From a virus, in the IMG/VR virus record IMGVR_UViG_3300031415_000001: a stretch of DNA of 64,000 nucleotides; one strand, 5' to 3'. Position 1 is the stretch's first letter; every line of letters starts with the position of its first letter. Position numbers and translations under genes: made by a program. The notes below the pieces were generated by a model that was given only the letters and a program-made list of their open reading frames with translations, had not been told where the DNA came from and did not search any database. This document shows, piece after piece, positions 37,101-44,924 of the stretch.

Positions 37101-40100
37101 ATGCCTCATCTTGATACCAGCTTCCCGGAAGGGGCGAAAGCCAATCTGATCCGTGCTGTTATTGATGATGCAGAACTGCGTAATAACCCAGATGCTGTCA
37201 CTCCAGCGATCTTGCAGAACGAGATTCGTAATCTGCTGGCTGATCTGAACTATCAGGCTGACTCTATCGACGCTCGTCATAAAGTCATTGCTGATAGCCA
37301 GATGGCATTTGATCAGATGGCTGCTGTGGGTGCTCCGCATGTTCAGTCAGGTATTCCTGTTTCTGGCTCCATTGCTGATAAAGTTCAGCAACTGAATGCC
37401 CGTCTGAATGCCAAAGCTGAACCAGCCCCGGTAAACCAGAAGGTCAAAGCTGCGTCAGTAAGAGACAAGTCTGGTGCTCGTGTTATGTCTCAGACGGCTA
37501 TGCGTTCTCTGTTTAAAGACGCTACGCCAACTCAGCGTAAAATGTTCCAGATGCTGATGCGTACTCTGCCTAAAGGCTACTTTAAAGTGGTCACTGGTAA
37601 TGCACAGGAACTGGCCCAGTACACCACTGACAACAGCATTAATCTGGTTACTGCTGATGGTTCCGATCCGTTCTCACAGGGTGTTAATGGCCTGTATCAC
37701 CGTGGTTCAAACACAATCATGGTTGTGAATGCTACCCCGGAAACAGTGCTGCATGAGATGATCCATGCTGCCACCATTGACCGTGTTGGTCAGGTGCTAG
37801 ATGGTCAGGACTTTGGCCCGTTAACTGGTGTATTCGATGATGCTGTCGAGAACATCCGTACTCTGATGAATGACTTCCTGACGATGCCGGTAGATAACTT
37901 TACTACCGAACAGCAGATCGAGATTAACCATGCACGTACCGAAGTGAATGGCTGGTTAATGTCAGGTCATCCAGTGGGTGAGCAATATGCTCTTAATGAG
38001 TTCATGGCATGGTCACTGGCTAACAGCCAAATTGAAGGTGTTCAGCGTTCAGTGAAAGTGAATCCTTTGGTTCAACTGGCAACTGATGTTGTGAAATTCC
38101 TGAAACAACTGGTCTTTGGTCATAAGCGTATTCCAGAAAATGCAGGTGAAGATATGTTCTCTAACCTGTCATTCAATACCACTCTGCTGCTAGGTAATGT
38201 GCCAAGTACTCAGGCTGTGTATGCCGATACTGTTGCATTCCATAACCGTAGTTATGGTGCTAACGGTCGTCTGGAAGAGATCAATAAGACGTTTGAAAAC
38301 ACTGTTGGTGCTTATCTGAATGCTGATCCAAATGTGCTGGTAACTTCTGCTCGTAAGACTGAGTACGCTTCTGCTCTGGTTAATGCAGACATTATGACTG
38401 CACAGGTAACAGGACATGGTTTCCCAATGTCTATGCAGGAAGCCTCAACTTACAGCATGATCGTTGCAGCATTGCAGACTCAGGCAGAGATTGATCCGAA
38501 CTCACTGGCTCGCTTGCAGGAACTGTACAGCCATGTGACTAAGAATCTGACGCCTGAAATGCTGATGGATCCAACTGCTGTCGATACCTTGTCAGAAGAG
38601 TCAGTTGCTCAGGAACGTTACTCAGTAATCATGGGTAACTATGGAACCACGAAAGACAGTAAAGGTCGTTCATCTCTGCTGCCTTCGTTCTTCGCTCTGG
38701 CAACGACAAATGATCTGCTGCGTAATGCACTGCGTCAGATGCCTCTGCCAAAAGCAGAACGTAATGATGCCGGTACACTGGATGCAGTACTGGAAAACGC
38801 TGGTCAGAATGCAATGGATGCTCTGTCCCGTCGTATGTCCGGTGAGAAAGGTGAAGACGTTCAGGCTGCAATTGATGCTCTGACTAACCGCATTGTTGAT
38901 GTGGCTCAGAACCGTGAAACGTTTATTGACCAGTACGCTTCTGTGTCTGGTGGCTGGGTAGACCGTGCCAATACCTACATGGTTGACCAGATCGATAAGC
39001 TGTCGAATAACCTGATGGATGCTGGTCAGAAACTGAAAGGCTCTCACAATAAATATGTGGGTGCTTTGGGATCTGCACTGCGTATCGCAGGTGCCATTGC
39101 TACTGAGAAGAATGGTGCTCTGGTAGCCGAAGGCGTTATGTCAGCAATGAATAAAGCCAAAGGTATGCATCCTTGGTTCGACATTATCAATGACATGGTT
39201 GGACGTACATCATCCAATGCCAATGTCTACGATATGATCAAAGCGGTTCGTGCTCTGGTACAGCAGGATCGTCAGCAATTCCGTCAGCATCTGCCGACTG
39301 TGATTGCAGACAAATTCAGCCGTAACCTCACTGATCGTGAATGGTCACTGCTGCATAAAGGTCTGGGTAAATCTGATATTTCCTCACTGCGTGATGTATT
39401 CAGTGATGAAGATATTGAGAAATTCCTGTCAGATCCAAAGGCACTAGCAAGAGCCACTAAAGATCTGGAAGCACAGGTGGAAGCCTTTGACCCGAATCAT
39501 GCTGATCTGTACAAAGCCAAAATGGATCAACTGGCTCAGCACATGATGAACGGTACAGTAGGCCGCAATCTTCTTCGCAATGCCCGTGCTATTGCTTCCC
39601 TGTTGGGTGAGCGTAAAGCGAAAGACTTTGTGAACAAGACTGATGATCAGGTGGCTGTTATTGACCAACTGACTTCACTGTATGCACTGAAGTACATGCC
39701 AGTATCTGACCGTGTTGCCCTTTCTCTTCTGGTTCAGAATGAGGCCGAAGGTATTCAGTTCTCACTGGCATACCTGCAAGGTCAGCGTACTGAGGAAGCA
39801 CGTAAGGCAGCGAATAGCAGCCGTGCATACTTCAACCAGTACAAAGGTTACATTCCTTCTGCGAACCAAGAAGGTGTGACGCTCATTGTTGCAGATGATG
39901 CTGAGTATGATCGTCTGGCTAAAATGAGTTTCGAGCGTGTTGCTGATTACAAGCAATCTTCTCTCGAAAGTAATGGCGTGAAGCGTGGTTACTACTTCGC
40001 TCCAGTGTCCAGCCGTGCGATCTACAACCAAGGGATCATGCAGAACGTCCGTATGACAGCCAATGGTGTCGATACCACAACTGGATTCACCTACGGTACA

Positions 40101-41579
40101 ACCGGTGGCATCATCGCTGATCGTACCGAAGTGGAACGTATCACCAGACTCTCTCAGTCGCGTCCTAACGAGATTGGTGAAAATCTGGTGCCTGTGTATG
40201 GTCGTAATGGTGAACCGGTCGCTTATGAGCGTTCTGTGGCTCCTGAGCAGATGGCTCGCCTGAACCGTGATACTCACTTTGCTCGTAACATCGGAATCTG
40301 GCGTGGTCGTCAGGTTGAAGAGATCCGAGCTAATGGGGTAAATGAGAAACTGGTGGATGCACTGCATGAGATGTACCAGAAAGGAAACCCGGAAGAGTTC
40401 GTCAACGTTATGGACTCGACTGATCGGGTCACACAAGATGCGGTCAGCCTCTTCACCCCGGAGATTCGCCGGTACATCGAAGATAAGTACGGTGCAGCCG
40501 ATACGTTCATGGTTCGCCGTGACATGCTCAATGATGCTCTGGGGTATCGTGATGCTACCGTTGGTGATGCTTGGACTGGTAATAGTCGTTGGAATGACCA
40601 GACTCTGAAAGCTGCACAGAGTGTTGCAATTGCAACCTTCGGCAATAAGGCTTATCAGATGGCAACCAACGGTGAACGGTTTGTGCAGAACCTGATGCGT
40701 GATGCTCGTCAGATGATCATCGTTAAGTCTGTTGTGGTTCCAGTATCAAACGCACTGGGTAACATTTACCAGTTGGTGAGTCGTGGTGTTCCAGTAGTGA
40801 ACATTGCTCGTCAGTTACCTCGCAAACTGGCTGAGATCAACATGTACACCAAGACACGTATTCGCCAGATTGAACTGGAAGCAGAATTACGTGCTGCGGA
40901 TGGTGTGGTTGAGCAGCGTAAGATCAATGCTGAGATCCAGAGTATTACTGACAGTCATAAACGTCTGTCTATCTGGCCTCTGATTGAAGCAGGTGAGTTC
41001 TCTGCGATCAACGATGCCTCTCTGGATGAGAGTGATATCGAGCTTACGTCTGGACGCCTCTACTCGTACTTTGAGCAGAAGGTGAACCAGTTACCAAAAG
41101 CAGTACGTGATGCAGGTCGATATGCCTTGATCACTCAGGACACTCCATTGTTTAAAGCACTGGAGAAATCTGTGGAGTATGGTGACTTTATTTCTAAAGC
41201 CATTCTGTTTGACGATTTGGTTAAGCGTCAGAACAAGACTCCAGAGTATGCCCTGAGCCGTATCACAGAGGAATTTGTAAACTATGATCGACTGCCGGGA
41301 CGTTTCCGTTCGTACATGGAGAAGATGGGTCTGATGTGGTTCTATAACTTCAAGATCCGTTCAGCGAAGGTGGCAACATCCATGCTGCGTAACAACCCTG
41401 TTCATGCACTGATGGGGGCAATGATGCCCAAACCAACTCTCTTTGGTTCCATCGGTTCGCCTATCACGGACAACATCTTTACCGTTGCTGCTGATGGACG
41501 ACTTGGGTTCTCGATGGGTATTGGTCAGGCATTCCAAGCACCAATGCTCAACCCTTGGGTAAACATCATGAGTCACTAA
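31104..41579 (+). CDS. virion-encapsidated RNA polymerase (vRNAP, N4 gp50-like)
   Basis: 3491-aa ORF. Central T7-like motifs: motif A VYVEADGMTNG (D1570, codon 35811-35813), motif B K1682-x7-Y1690-G, motif C IFDGVNL (D1960). The Asp-Asp spacing of ~390 aa and the K-to-Y spacing of 8 match what I recall for N4 mini-vRNAP. Confidence 0.95.
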   Translation: MAGAQDLFNQALGLTTPVASVPAPGASQQIMQNVMDASAPKQADLAAVSAEKQKALGTSQPDMYSIAAGRESGDGTYSAQSPLEADLLNLPDVDLINKYGTQQGTQLAAQRASGQARFNNDLLAPRTTEQSLGDSVAGVSLGVANSLGGIAALGAGLVNDNAGVWSAQKMQQLNDSVQQNMQSDSLNARRLANQAQTELGYRDSTKLYNEEKAEDGDFIASLRRIGRDSGTAVAGAFDDNSVLSDGISQGIGSILTAGPIGKGIALGAKSLAALGGESAVGRALTAIGAKLPEHAATMASIGLQEGGGAYQQTTQEAYDKLKNRTDLTEDQKRSMANRAGLIAAAIQAPVSAATGAIAAKFEGNPLGAQSLREVVQNVGKEGVEEYIQSGTGQLAQNLGIQDEVDPKQSLSEGVGEQAALGGIYGLGSAGVIQTPTAARLAATNTASGLAKAVTDRVGSITSRNEQASPVADAKVSDAAQTIQQAAPSVVQEVSEAVDNTPDMTPERKEEISNYVNSLAGAVNFDSAEKADMSPASAEAVGEASNRVDALHNMAKYVADQNNPSLNRLQVLQDLQAGLNMLDGFINSEPEGLNGLEDNHPARQLADGVKNVLSTVQQTPSIQKAQQAMQRIVDGVQKDGSIEPVTEENIQTPEGQDNAKNTIALASVAPEKADLASVDTILNHARSGKINLTPNQRTALQTASAILSAAKQYDDQASAQGLRAENIVSKQIKTDDSRTKESQYSALQHAKRIRSAYSAGDLDTARSNLIDFQKFAKHMQNKVGAINTYLATWNGQPNFSVKYDALQDDRSWRESRNGLYVNVGNARSIATAKSIGLEAQTLTDLANSLSTAFPELDVSHIGQTPLDPLLAQGTPHEIIQGFRDGTRKVGQTTAQVKDTSVNDSTPVDDSVTAYSDDQISAMTDAEIESNMSDISDRLKVNANPVETENFSRLYDELEARRNSNQSDVEQAQDKPEQTENVDNSPSETTSSETLQNNDVTEEKAPTLAEKHPALAQGKTGNKFLEAFRLPKTPRTTIADAVSPLKAVKGMLTVGEEQQGYSVNSAISRAYGSYMQVGQHLINAMQTQLDEWASKGKAPAAFIAGTNDANTYQSGKVLNITDVQDGKLVYNKPLVETAMLAGLHWALNANNYSNELDSADIGKRLSAPEYLVTDDITEAMNSGLTLVDALPSLAQKVRQYWGLSTNNDAPTGYTDGIPSAVAGEILEAMANEGLLTQRNLRIAYQTDDTGNKSAMTLLQDGEATPKGMQLMEYTILVPNTDENSPLSAESSLRDYPEAIEHAVMIDPENTMFFGEDKVPVAQKQLNSDWVPVTAQQKVAIRNANATPYFAHMPMVNLFTELGEANIIDLIGEGDLSGKSALFNENYLRTLEGRNTSVRSAYRQLEAVMAAARNRAETQGVPVEELPHHYAHSITSVNRLQMLGKQNPQSSKLMREAIMSTWSTLDMNQKQNGDAFMLGIAQALGVKVHNMSRDLAIAEAENILANHTDAIQMLSDYHSGSGLPDNAVTILQSGFKGKLAPMELQALSEYARLQNATDEERAAFRTPVYVEADGMTNGVINAISLMTSGNFTQNELVNLTRGGVTVGGNETDTANSIRSQKDAVDMYQATVDLLKDRLGSLDKYLNRNPLAQGQFKAVQKVMSMFMPDVVLKSDGSLDLKRGVTKNPLTVTLYGSSANGIAGKITKQIADGIYQMVSEANLAIARDPNLSVQEAMFPGRPEMAADFMELMDNLTNQAYRYSPKKRNYVDVMQDAGQEFTITDPVKFTLSPSQLRALNTNVLSLFVEPMRSAIDASVGESVMDNTTLIRKATQVQSIYLQEAFQKAVADRVQWHVDNTPGYKKTEFLSRNELNEIRDSLSDLAPLVQTGTQNFFIAGSANSDVDGSILSRNLSNKFAMQTMVAGPMDSGVSGIAFLNIGMGDGQMIQNGFGGRDAPQKATPIFDGVNLALDRMVQDSQTMNKAVADSWQNNPLRVVAQSLEALMPHLDTSFPEGAKANLIRAVIDDAELRNNPDAVTPAILQNEIRNLLADLNYQADSIDARHKVIADSQMAFDQMAAVGAPHVQSGIPVSGSIADKVQQLNARLNAKAEPAPVNQKVKAASVRDKSGARVMSQTAMRSLFKDATPTQRKMFQMLMRTLPKGYFKVVTGNAQELAQYTTDNSINLVTADGSDPFSQGVNGLYHRGSNTIMVVNATPETVLHEMIHAATIDRVGQVLDGQDFGPLTGVFDDAVENIRTLMNDFLTMPVDNFTTEQQIEINHARTEVNGWLMSGHPVGEQYALNEFMAWSLANSQIEGVQRSVKVNPLVQLATDVVKFLKQLVFGHKRIPENAGEDMFSNLSFNTTLLLGNVPSTQAVYADTVAFHNRSYGANGRLEEINKTFENTVGAYLNADPNVLVTSARKTEYASALVNADIMTAQVTGHGFPMSMQEASTYSMIVAALQTQAEIDPNSLARLQELYSHVTKNLTPEMLMDPTAVDTLSEESVAQERYSVIMGNYGTTKDSKGRSSLLPSFFALATTNDLLRNALRQMPLPKAERNDAGTLDAVLENAGQNAMDALSRRMSGEKGEDVQAAIDALTNRIVDVAQNRETFIDQYASVSGGWVDRANTYMVDQIDKLSNNLMDAGQKLKGSHNKYVGALGSALRIAGAIATEKNGALVAEGVMSAMNKAKGMHPWFDIINDMVGRTSSNANVYDMIKAVRALVQQDRQQFRQHLPTVIADKFSRNLTDREWSLLHKGLGKSDISSLRDVFSDEDIEKFLSDPKALARATKDLEAQVEAFDPNHADLYKAKMDQLAQHMMNGTVGRNLLRNARAIASLLGERKAKDFVNKTDDQVAVIDQLTSLYALKYMPVSDRVALSLLVQNEAEGIQFSLAYLQGQRTEEARKAANSSRAYFNQYKGYIPSANQEGVTLIVADDAEYDRLAKMSFERVADYKQSSLESNGVKRGYYFAPVSSRAIYNQGIMQNVRMTANGVDTTTGFTYGTTGGIIADRTEVERITRLSQSRPNEIGENLVPVYGRNGEPVAYERSVAPEQMARLNRDTHFARNIGIWRGRQVEEIRANGVNEKLVDALHEMYQKGNPEEFVNVMDSTDRVTQDAVSLFTPEIRRYIEDKYGAADTFMVRRDMLNDALGYRDATVGDAWTGNSRWNDQTLKAAQSVAIATFGNKAYQMATNGERFVQNLMRDARQMIIVKSVVVPVSNALGNIYQLVSRGVPVVNIARQLPRKLAEINMYTKTRIRQIELEAELRAADGVVEQRKINAEIQSITDSHKRLSIWPLIEAGEFSAINDASLDESDIELTSGRLYSYFEQKVNQLPKAVRDAGRYALITQDTPLFKALEKSVEYGDFISKAILFDDLVKRQNKTPEYALSRITEEFVNYDRLPGRFRSYMEKMGLMWFYNFKIRSAKVATSMLRNNPVHALMGAMMPKPTLFGSIGSPITDNIFTVAADGRLGFSMGIGQAFQAPMLNPWVNIMSH

Positions 41580-41583
41580 CCAA

Positions 41584-41617
41584 ATAAAAAAGCCCTCGAA
41601 TGAGGGCTTTATTTTTA
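41584..41617. terminator. bidirectional intrinsic terminator between convergent arms
   Basis: AAAGCCCTC-GAAT-GAGGGCTTT (9-bp stem) flanked by an A-run on the 5' side and a T-run on the 3' side. Confidence 0.85.
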
Positions 41618-41962
41618 TGGTTTAAACGTATGAACCACTGCAATAAACAATGCGTCTTTTTGACGCTGAGTTAATGGCAGTTCACCGTAGGGAACCATGT
41701 GAGGATGTTCTTTCTTTGCTGGATCCTTCACTTCACCGTACACCCAACCTTCTGCCTCTTTCTGAGCCATCCAGTTGTTGTGGCTTGCTTCAGGCCCATG
41801 CTCACCGTTCATGTGGAACTCAACACCAGCAATGGCAGAATCTTTTTGCCACTGTGGGGCTTCTTCCCAGTCTACCTGTGAGTTGTCATCCAGTGCTTCA
41901 CAATACGCCTTGTTTGCCTGATGGCAGATTTTGGCAATACCGGTGTAATAAGCATTACTCAT
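41615..41962 (-). CDS. RyR (ryanodine-receptor) domain protein
   Basis: Start trimmed to MSNAYY. ...WMAQKEAEGWVYGEVKDPAKKEHPHMVPYGELPLTQRQKD matches the bacterial/phage RyR domain pattern. Confidence 0.7.
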   Translation of the reverse strand: MSNAYYTGIAKICHQANKAYCEALDDNSQVDWEEAPQWQKDSAIAGVEFHMNGEHGPEASHNNWMAQKEAEGWVYGEVKDPAKKEHPHMVPYGELPLTQRQKDALFIAVVHTFKP

Positions 41963-42089
41963 TTGGATCACCGCCTAACGCTTCAAAAATTTCCTGACCG
42001 CTTTCATTATTCTGGAAAGCATGGTCTTCCCATCTTTCCCAGTATTCTGCGAGAAAATCCCGAAGAACCTGTTGCTGATGTTCGTCCAT
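41955..42089 (-). CDS. possible 44-aa acidic micro-protein
   Basis: GAGGA 6 nt upstream of the ATG at 42089. Reads MDEHQQQVLRDFLAEYWERWEDHAFQNNESGQEIFEALGGDPNE. It fills the gap between the tailspike and RyR genes and overlaps the RyR start by 8 nt. Confidence 0.45.
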   Translation of the reverse strand: MDEHQQQVLRDFLAEYWERWEDHAFQNNESGQEIFEALGGDPNE

Positions 42090-42098
42090 TTTGATTCC

Positions 42099-43907
42099 TC
42101 AAAAGTAAGGCATCAAACGATCCACCCCGTTAATATTGACGCTGATATAACCGGCTGGAGTCGTATTGCTTGGCTTCGTACCATCTTTGGTCTGAAGTGT
42201 CAGCAAGCCTTGTTCATTTGCACCGATACCAGCCAAGCCGTTATGGATACTGAAACGAGCTTGTGGAGCGGCATAATCACCACCTTTAGCGAATGCAGCT
42301 TCCAGATCGGTGATCTCACTTGCATCAGTAATGACACGAGTGTCAGAGCTGAATGCAGTACAGTCGCCAGCTTCAAAGCGGGTTGGGCCAGTAGTGGTCA
42401 GGTTAAAGATGGTATCGCCAGAATTGGCAGCCAGCTTAACCCAAACTTTGGCATTGTCTTCCCACAGACGCTGGTAACGCACATCCAGAATGGCGTCTTT
42501 ACCTTCCTGACGCATGTCGGCATAGACCTTTTTGTTTGGTACAGCACAACGTTGCAGAGTGATAACACGACGACCCATGCCATCCATATCAGAAGGCTTC
42601 TGCAATTTGCCGGTAGGAGTAACGGTGTCACGCTTACCGAGGAAATCAAGTTCCCACGTCTGACTCATACGGCGGAAAGTGAAGTTACCGATATATACCC
42701 ACAGATCCTTGTCAGTGTTGTTGGTGATTTTATACCCGGTGTAGTAACCAGCACGGAAAGACGCATCATGCATCTCAGTACCGTAGGTTTCGTGACGTAC
42801 CCAGCCTTTCTCGTAACCGGAAAGCCAAGACCCAGAAACACGATCATTGGTCATTCCACCGCCAGACTGGAAGTAAGCACCATTGATCACACAACGGGTG
42901 TTGTTCAGGTTCAGAGGATTGTCAGAAGATTCAATAGAGAATGCTTCCATTACCCACTGACCATTGTCCATATTGCCGGGGAAACGCTGATGCTCGATCC
43001 AGACGTTACGCATTAAGCCCTGAGTCACACGAGGCATGTTTACAGTAGCTGGGCCATAGCCATTTTGCAGGTTAGAGTTCTGCCAGCTAACAGCAGTAGA
43101 ATGGTTCCAGCCACCTTGAGGGTTGTTGGAATAACCAATATCAAACACCATACCGTAAGTTTTGCTGGAGTAGATCTGATCCAGTTTGGTATCCAGTGTG
43201 TCGAGCAGTTTAACTGCGGTGCCACCAACGTTGCTGAACTTCAGACAGAACAGGTTACAGAACTCACCAGTCTGACAGATGTTCTCAAAGAAGGGCTGAA
43301 CGTTGCTTACCTGCTCTGGCTTCACAGCACCAACGATGTTTTTTACATCGGCACTTGCCTGACCATCCCACTCGAAACCTTCCAGAATCACACGACGTGC
43401 ATTCACCTTGAACACAGTCTGTGCTGATTTATCTGAAATGATTCGAACCGATGGACGCCATCCACCTTTGGATCGGGTGTTGCCGTAAACAGCAAACACC
43501 GGCAATTCACCCAGAGTGGTGAAGTCGATTGGCTTGATCAAGGTGACACCGGTAGGGATATGCACACCGATAGAATCGCTCATGGTGTACAGACCTTTGG
43601 CCCACATGAAGTTGCGATAGAATGCATCGCTGTCGTCGGTCACGCCGTCACATTTACCACCGAAATGGAACAGGTTGATTTCCAGTGGGTCATTAATTAC
43701 ACGTTTCCAGAAGAAGGTTTTACCTTGATCCAGAGCAACAGTACCGCCGTCATCTGCTGGTAGATCTTTGGTCTGAGGAAATCCGACAAACATACCGCCA
43801 CCGGTAAACTTGCTGTCCTTGTCGTAATACCGCGTCAGTAAAGCAATCTCACCTGCTTTCGATGGTTTGGTAGTGCGGAGTTCAGCAAAGCTATTAACTT
43901 CGATCAT
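42099..43907 (-). CDS. tailspike / receptor-binding depolymerase 2 (pectate-lyase-superfamily beta-helix)
   Basis: 602 aa. N-terminal ...LFHFGGKCDGVTDDSDAF... Central region is paralogous to the 13971-16616 product. Confidence 0.8.
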   Translation of the reverse strand: MIEVNSFAELRTTKPSKAGEIALLTRYYDKDSKFTGGGMFVGFPQTKDLPADDGGTVALDQGKTFFWKRVINDPLEINLFHFGGKCDGVTDDSDAFYRNFMWAKGLYTMSDSIGVHIPTGVTLIKPIDFTTLGELPVFAVYGNTRSKGGWRPSVRIISDKSAQTVFKVNARRVILEGFEWDGQASADVKNIVGAVKPEQVSNVQPFFENICQTGEFCNLFCLKFSNVGGTAVKLLDTLDTKLDQIYSSKTYGMVFDIGYSNNPQGGWNHSTAVSWQNSNLQNGYGPATVNMPRVTQGLMRNVWIEHQRFPGNMDNGQWVMEAFSIESSDNPLNLNNTRCVINGAYFQSGGGMTNDRVSGSWLSGYEKGWVRHETYGTEMHDASFRAGYYTGYKITNNTDKDLWVYIGNFTFRRMSQTWELDFLGKRDTVTPTGKLQKPSDMDGMGRRVITLQRCAVPNKKVYADMRQEGKDAILDVRYQRLWEDNAKVWVKLAANSGDTIFNLTTTGPTRFEAGDCTAFSSDTRVITDASEITDLEAAFAKGGDYAAPQARFSIHNGLAGIGANEQGLLTLQTKDGTKPSNTTPAGYISVNINGVDRLMPYF

Positions 43908-43936
43908 AGATACCCTCTATAAAACATTGGTTTATA

Positions 43937-43968
43937 AATAAAAAAGGCCACCTCATTGGAGGTGGCCT
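43937..43968 (-). terminator. intrinsic terminator ending the tRNA transcription unit
   Basis: AGGCCACCTC-ATTG-GAGGTGGCCT (10-bp stem) followed on the minus strand by TTTTTTATTT. Confidence 0.85.
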
Positions 43969-44271
43969 ATCTTATGCTATTTAACCCATAACTGGGAGGC
44001 TTGTGTGTAAGTGTTGGGGTTTGGCGTGCGATTGATTGTCGCCCCCTTGTTCTTACTCAGGCTCATCCACCTTACCGAGAAGGATGATTGGTCTGAACAT
44101 CAACGCTGTGGGGTAGCTCACCACTTTACCGTGTTATAGGCTTTCTTACGTTAATGCTCAGGATTGGATCACAGTACAGAGTGATAATATGTAGTTATCT
44201 TCTCGCACCCCTGCGGGATCTCTCGCTTTTGTGACACTCACATAATTGAAAGAAATTCTGCACTGTGAATT

Positions 44272-44353
44272 TGGTGGGGGATGGTAGATTCGAACTACCG
44301 TGTGGAATAACAGATTTACAGTCTGCCGTCTTCGACCGCTTGACTAATCCCCC
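44272..44353 (-). tRNA. tRNA-Tyr (GTA)
   Basis: Hand-folded: acceptor GGGGGAT/ATCCCCC, anticodon arm GCAGA-CTGTAAA-TCTGT, ~10-nt variable region, T arm GGTAG-TTCGAAT-CTACC. CCA is encoded. Confidence 0.85.
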
Positions 44354-44690
44354 AAATACGCGGGAAGCACGAGGGTTCTCACCTCCACGGACTGTATGCA
44401 CTCACCTATTCCCCAGCATACTGACGCATACTGTCTTTACCGTGATTACACACTTCCATGCTTCCATAATTTGAATGGGCTTCTCACCCAATTGGACATT
44501 TGATCTATTCACGCACCTTATCCCCGAAGGGATGTCTCGTCGCTTCAATGCCAGTGTCTTCTGGCAGGTCTTCCGGTAGCGAATCGGAACTGAATTTACC
44601 CAATGTCTCTGGAGTACCTTACCAGTAAACGTCTTTCGCTAAATGAATCTTCATGATTCGCCGCAGGGGCATGACAACATTGGGTAAAAC

Positions 44691-44766
44691 TGGTTGCTTC
44701 AACTGGACTTGAACCAGTGACCTGACGCTTATCGGGCGACTGCTCTACCAACTGAGCTATGAAGCA
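44691..44766 (-). tRNA. tRNA-Ile (GAT), with an unusual anticodon loop (C at position 33)
   Basis: Acceptor TGCTTCA/TGAAGCA (7 bp), D arm GCTC-AGTTGGTA-GAGC, T arm ACTGG-TTCAAGT-CCAGT, CCA encoded. The anticodon arm GTCGC-CCGATAA-GCGTC has one T:T mismatch and the loop is CCGAUAA. Confidence 0.7.
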
Positions 44767-44769
44767 ATT

Positions 44770-44844
44770 TGGCAGGACTAACGGGATTTGAACCCGTGAC
44801 CACCTCCGTGACAGGGAGGGATTCTACCGCTGAACTATAGTCCT
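44770..44844 (-). tRNA. tRNA-Asp (GTC)
   Basis: Acceptor AGGACTA/TAGTCCT, anticodon arm CCTCC-CTGTCAC-GGAGG, T arm ACGGG-TTCAAAT-CCCGT, CCA encoded. Confidence 0.88.
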
Positions 44845-44924
44845 AAAAACTGCGTAACAGGTTAAGCGTTTTTACAAGCCATGAACTTAATCTGGGATTC
44901 TTGACTTACCTGCTACGACTTATT

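Noticed and set aside
44354-44420. Possible degenerate tRNA-His next to tRNA-Tyr (a CCGTGGA loop-like string, a GAGG-TGAGAAC-CCTC T-arm-like hairpin, and acceptor-like GGGGAAT/CTTCCCG).
   Set aside because: The element is only ~54 nt long. It lacks a paired anticodon stem and a D arm and cannot form a cloverleaf. It is mentioned only as a possible decay remnant.
44195-44474. Track ORFs 44195-44401 (-) and 44265-44474 (+).
   Set aside because: They overlap tRNA-Tyr and the non-coding spacer. They have no RBS and their sequence is low-complexity and Arg-rich.
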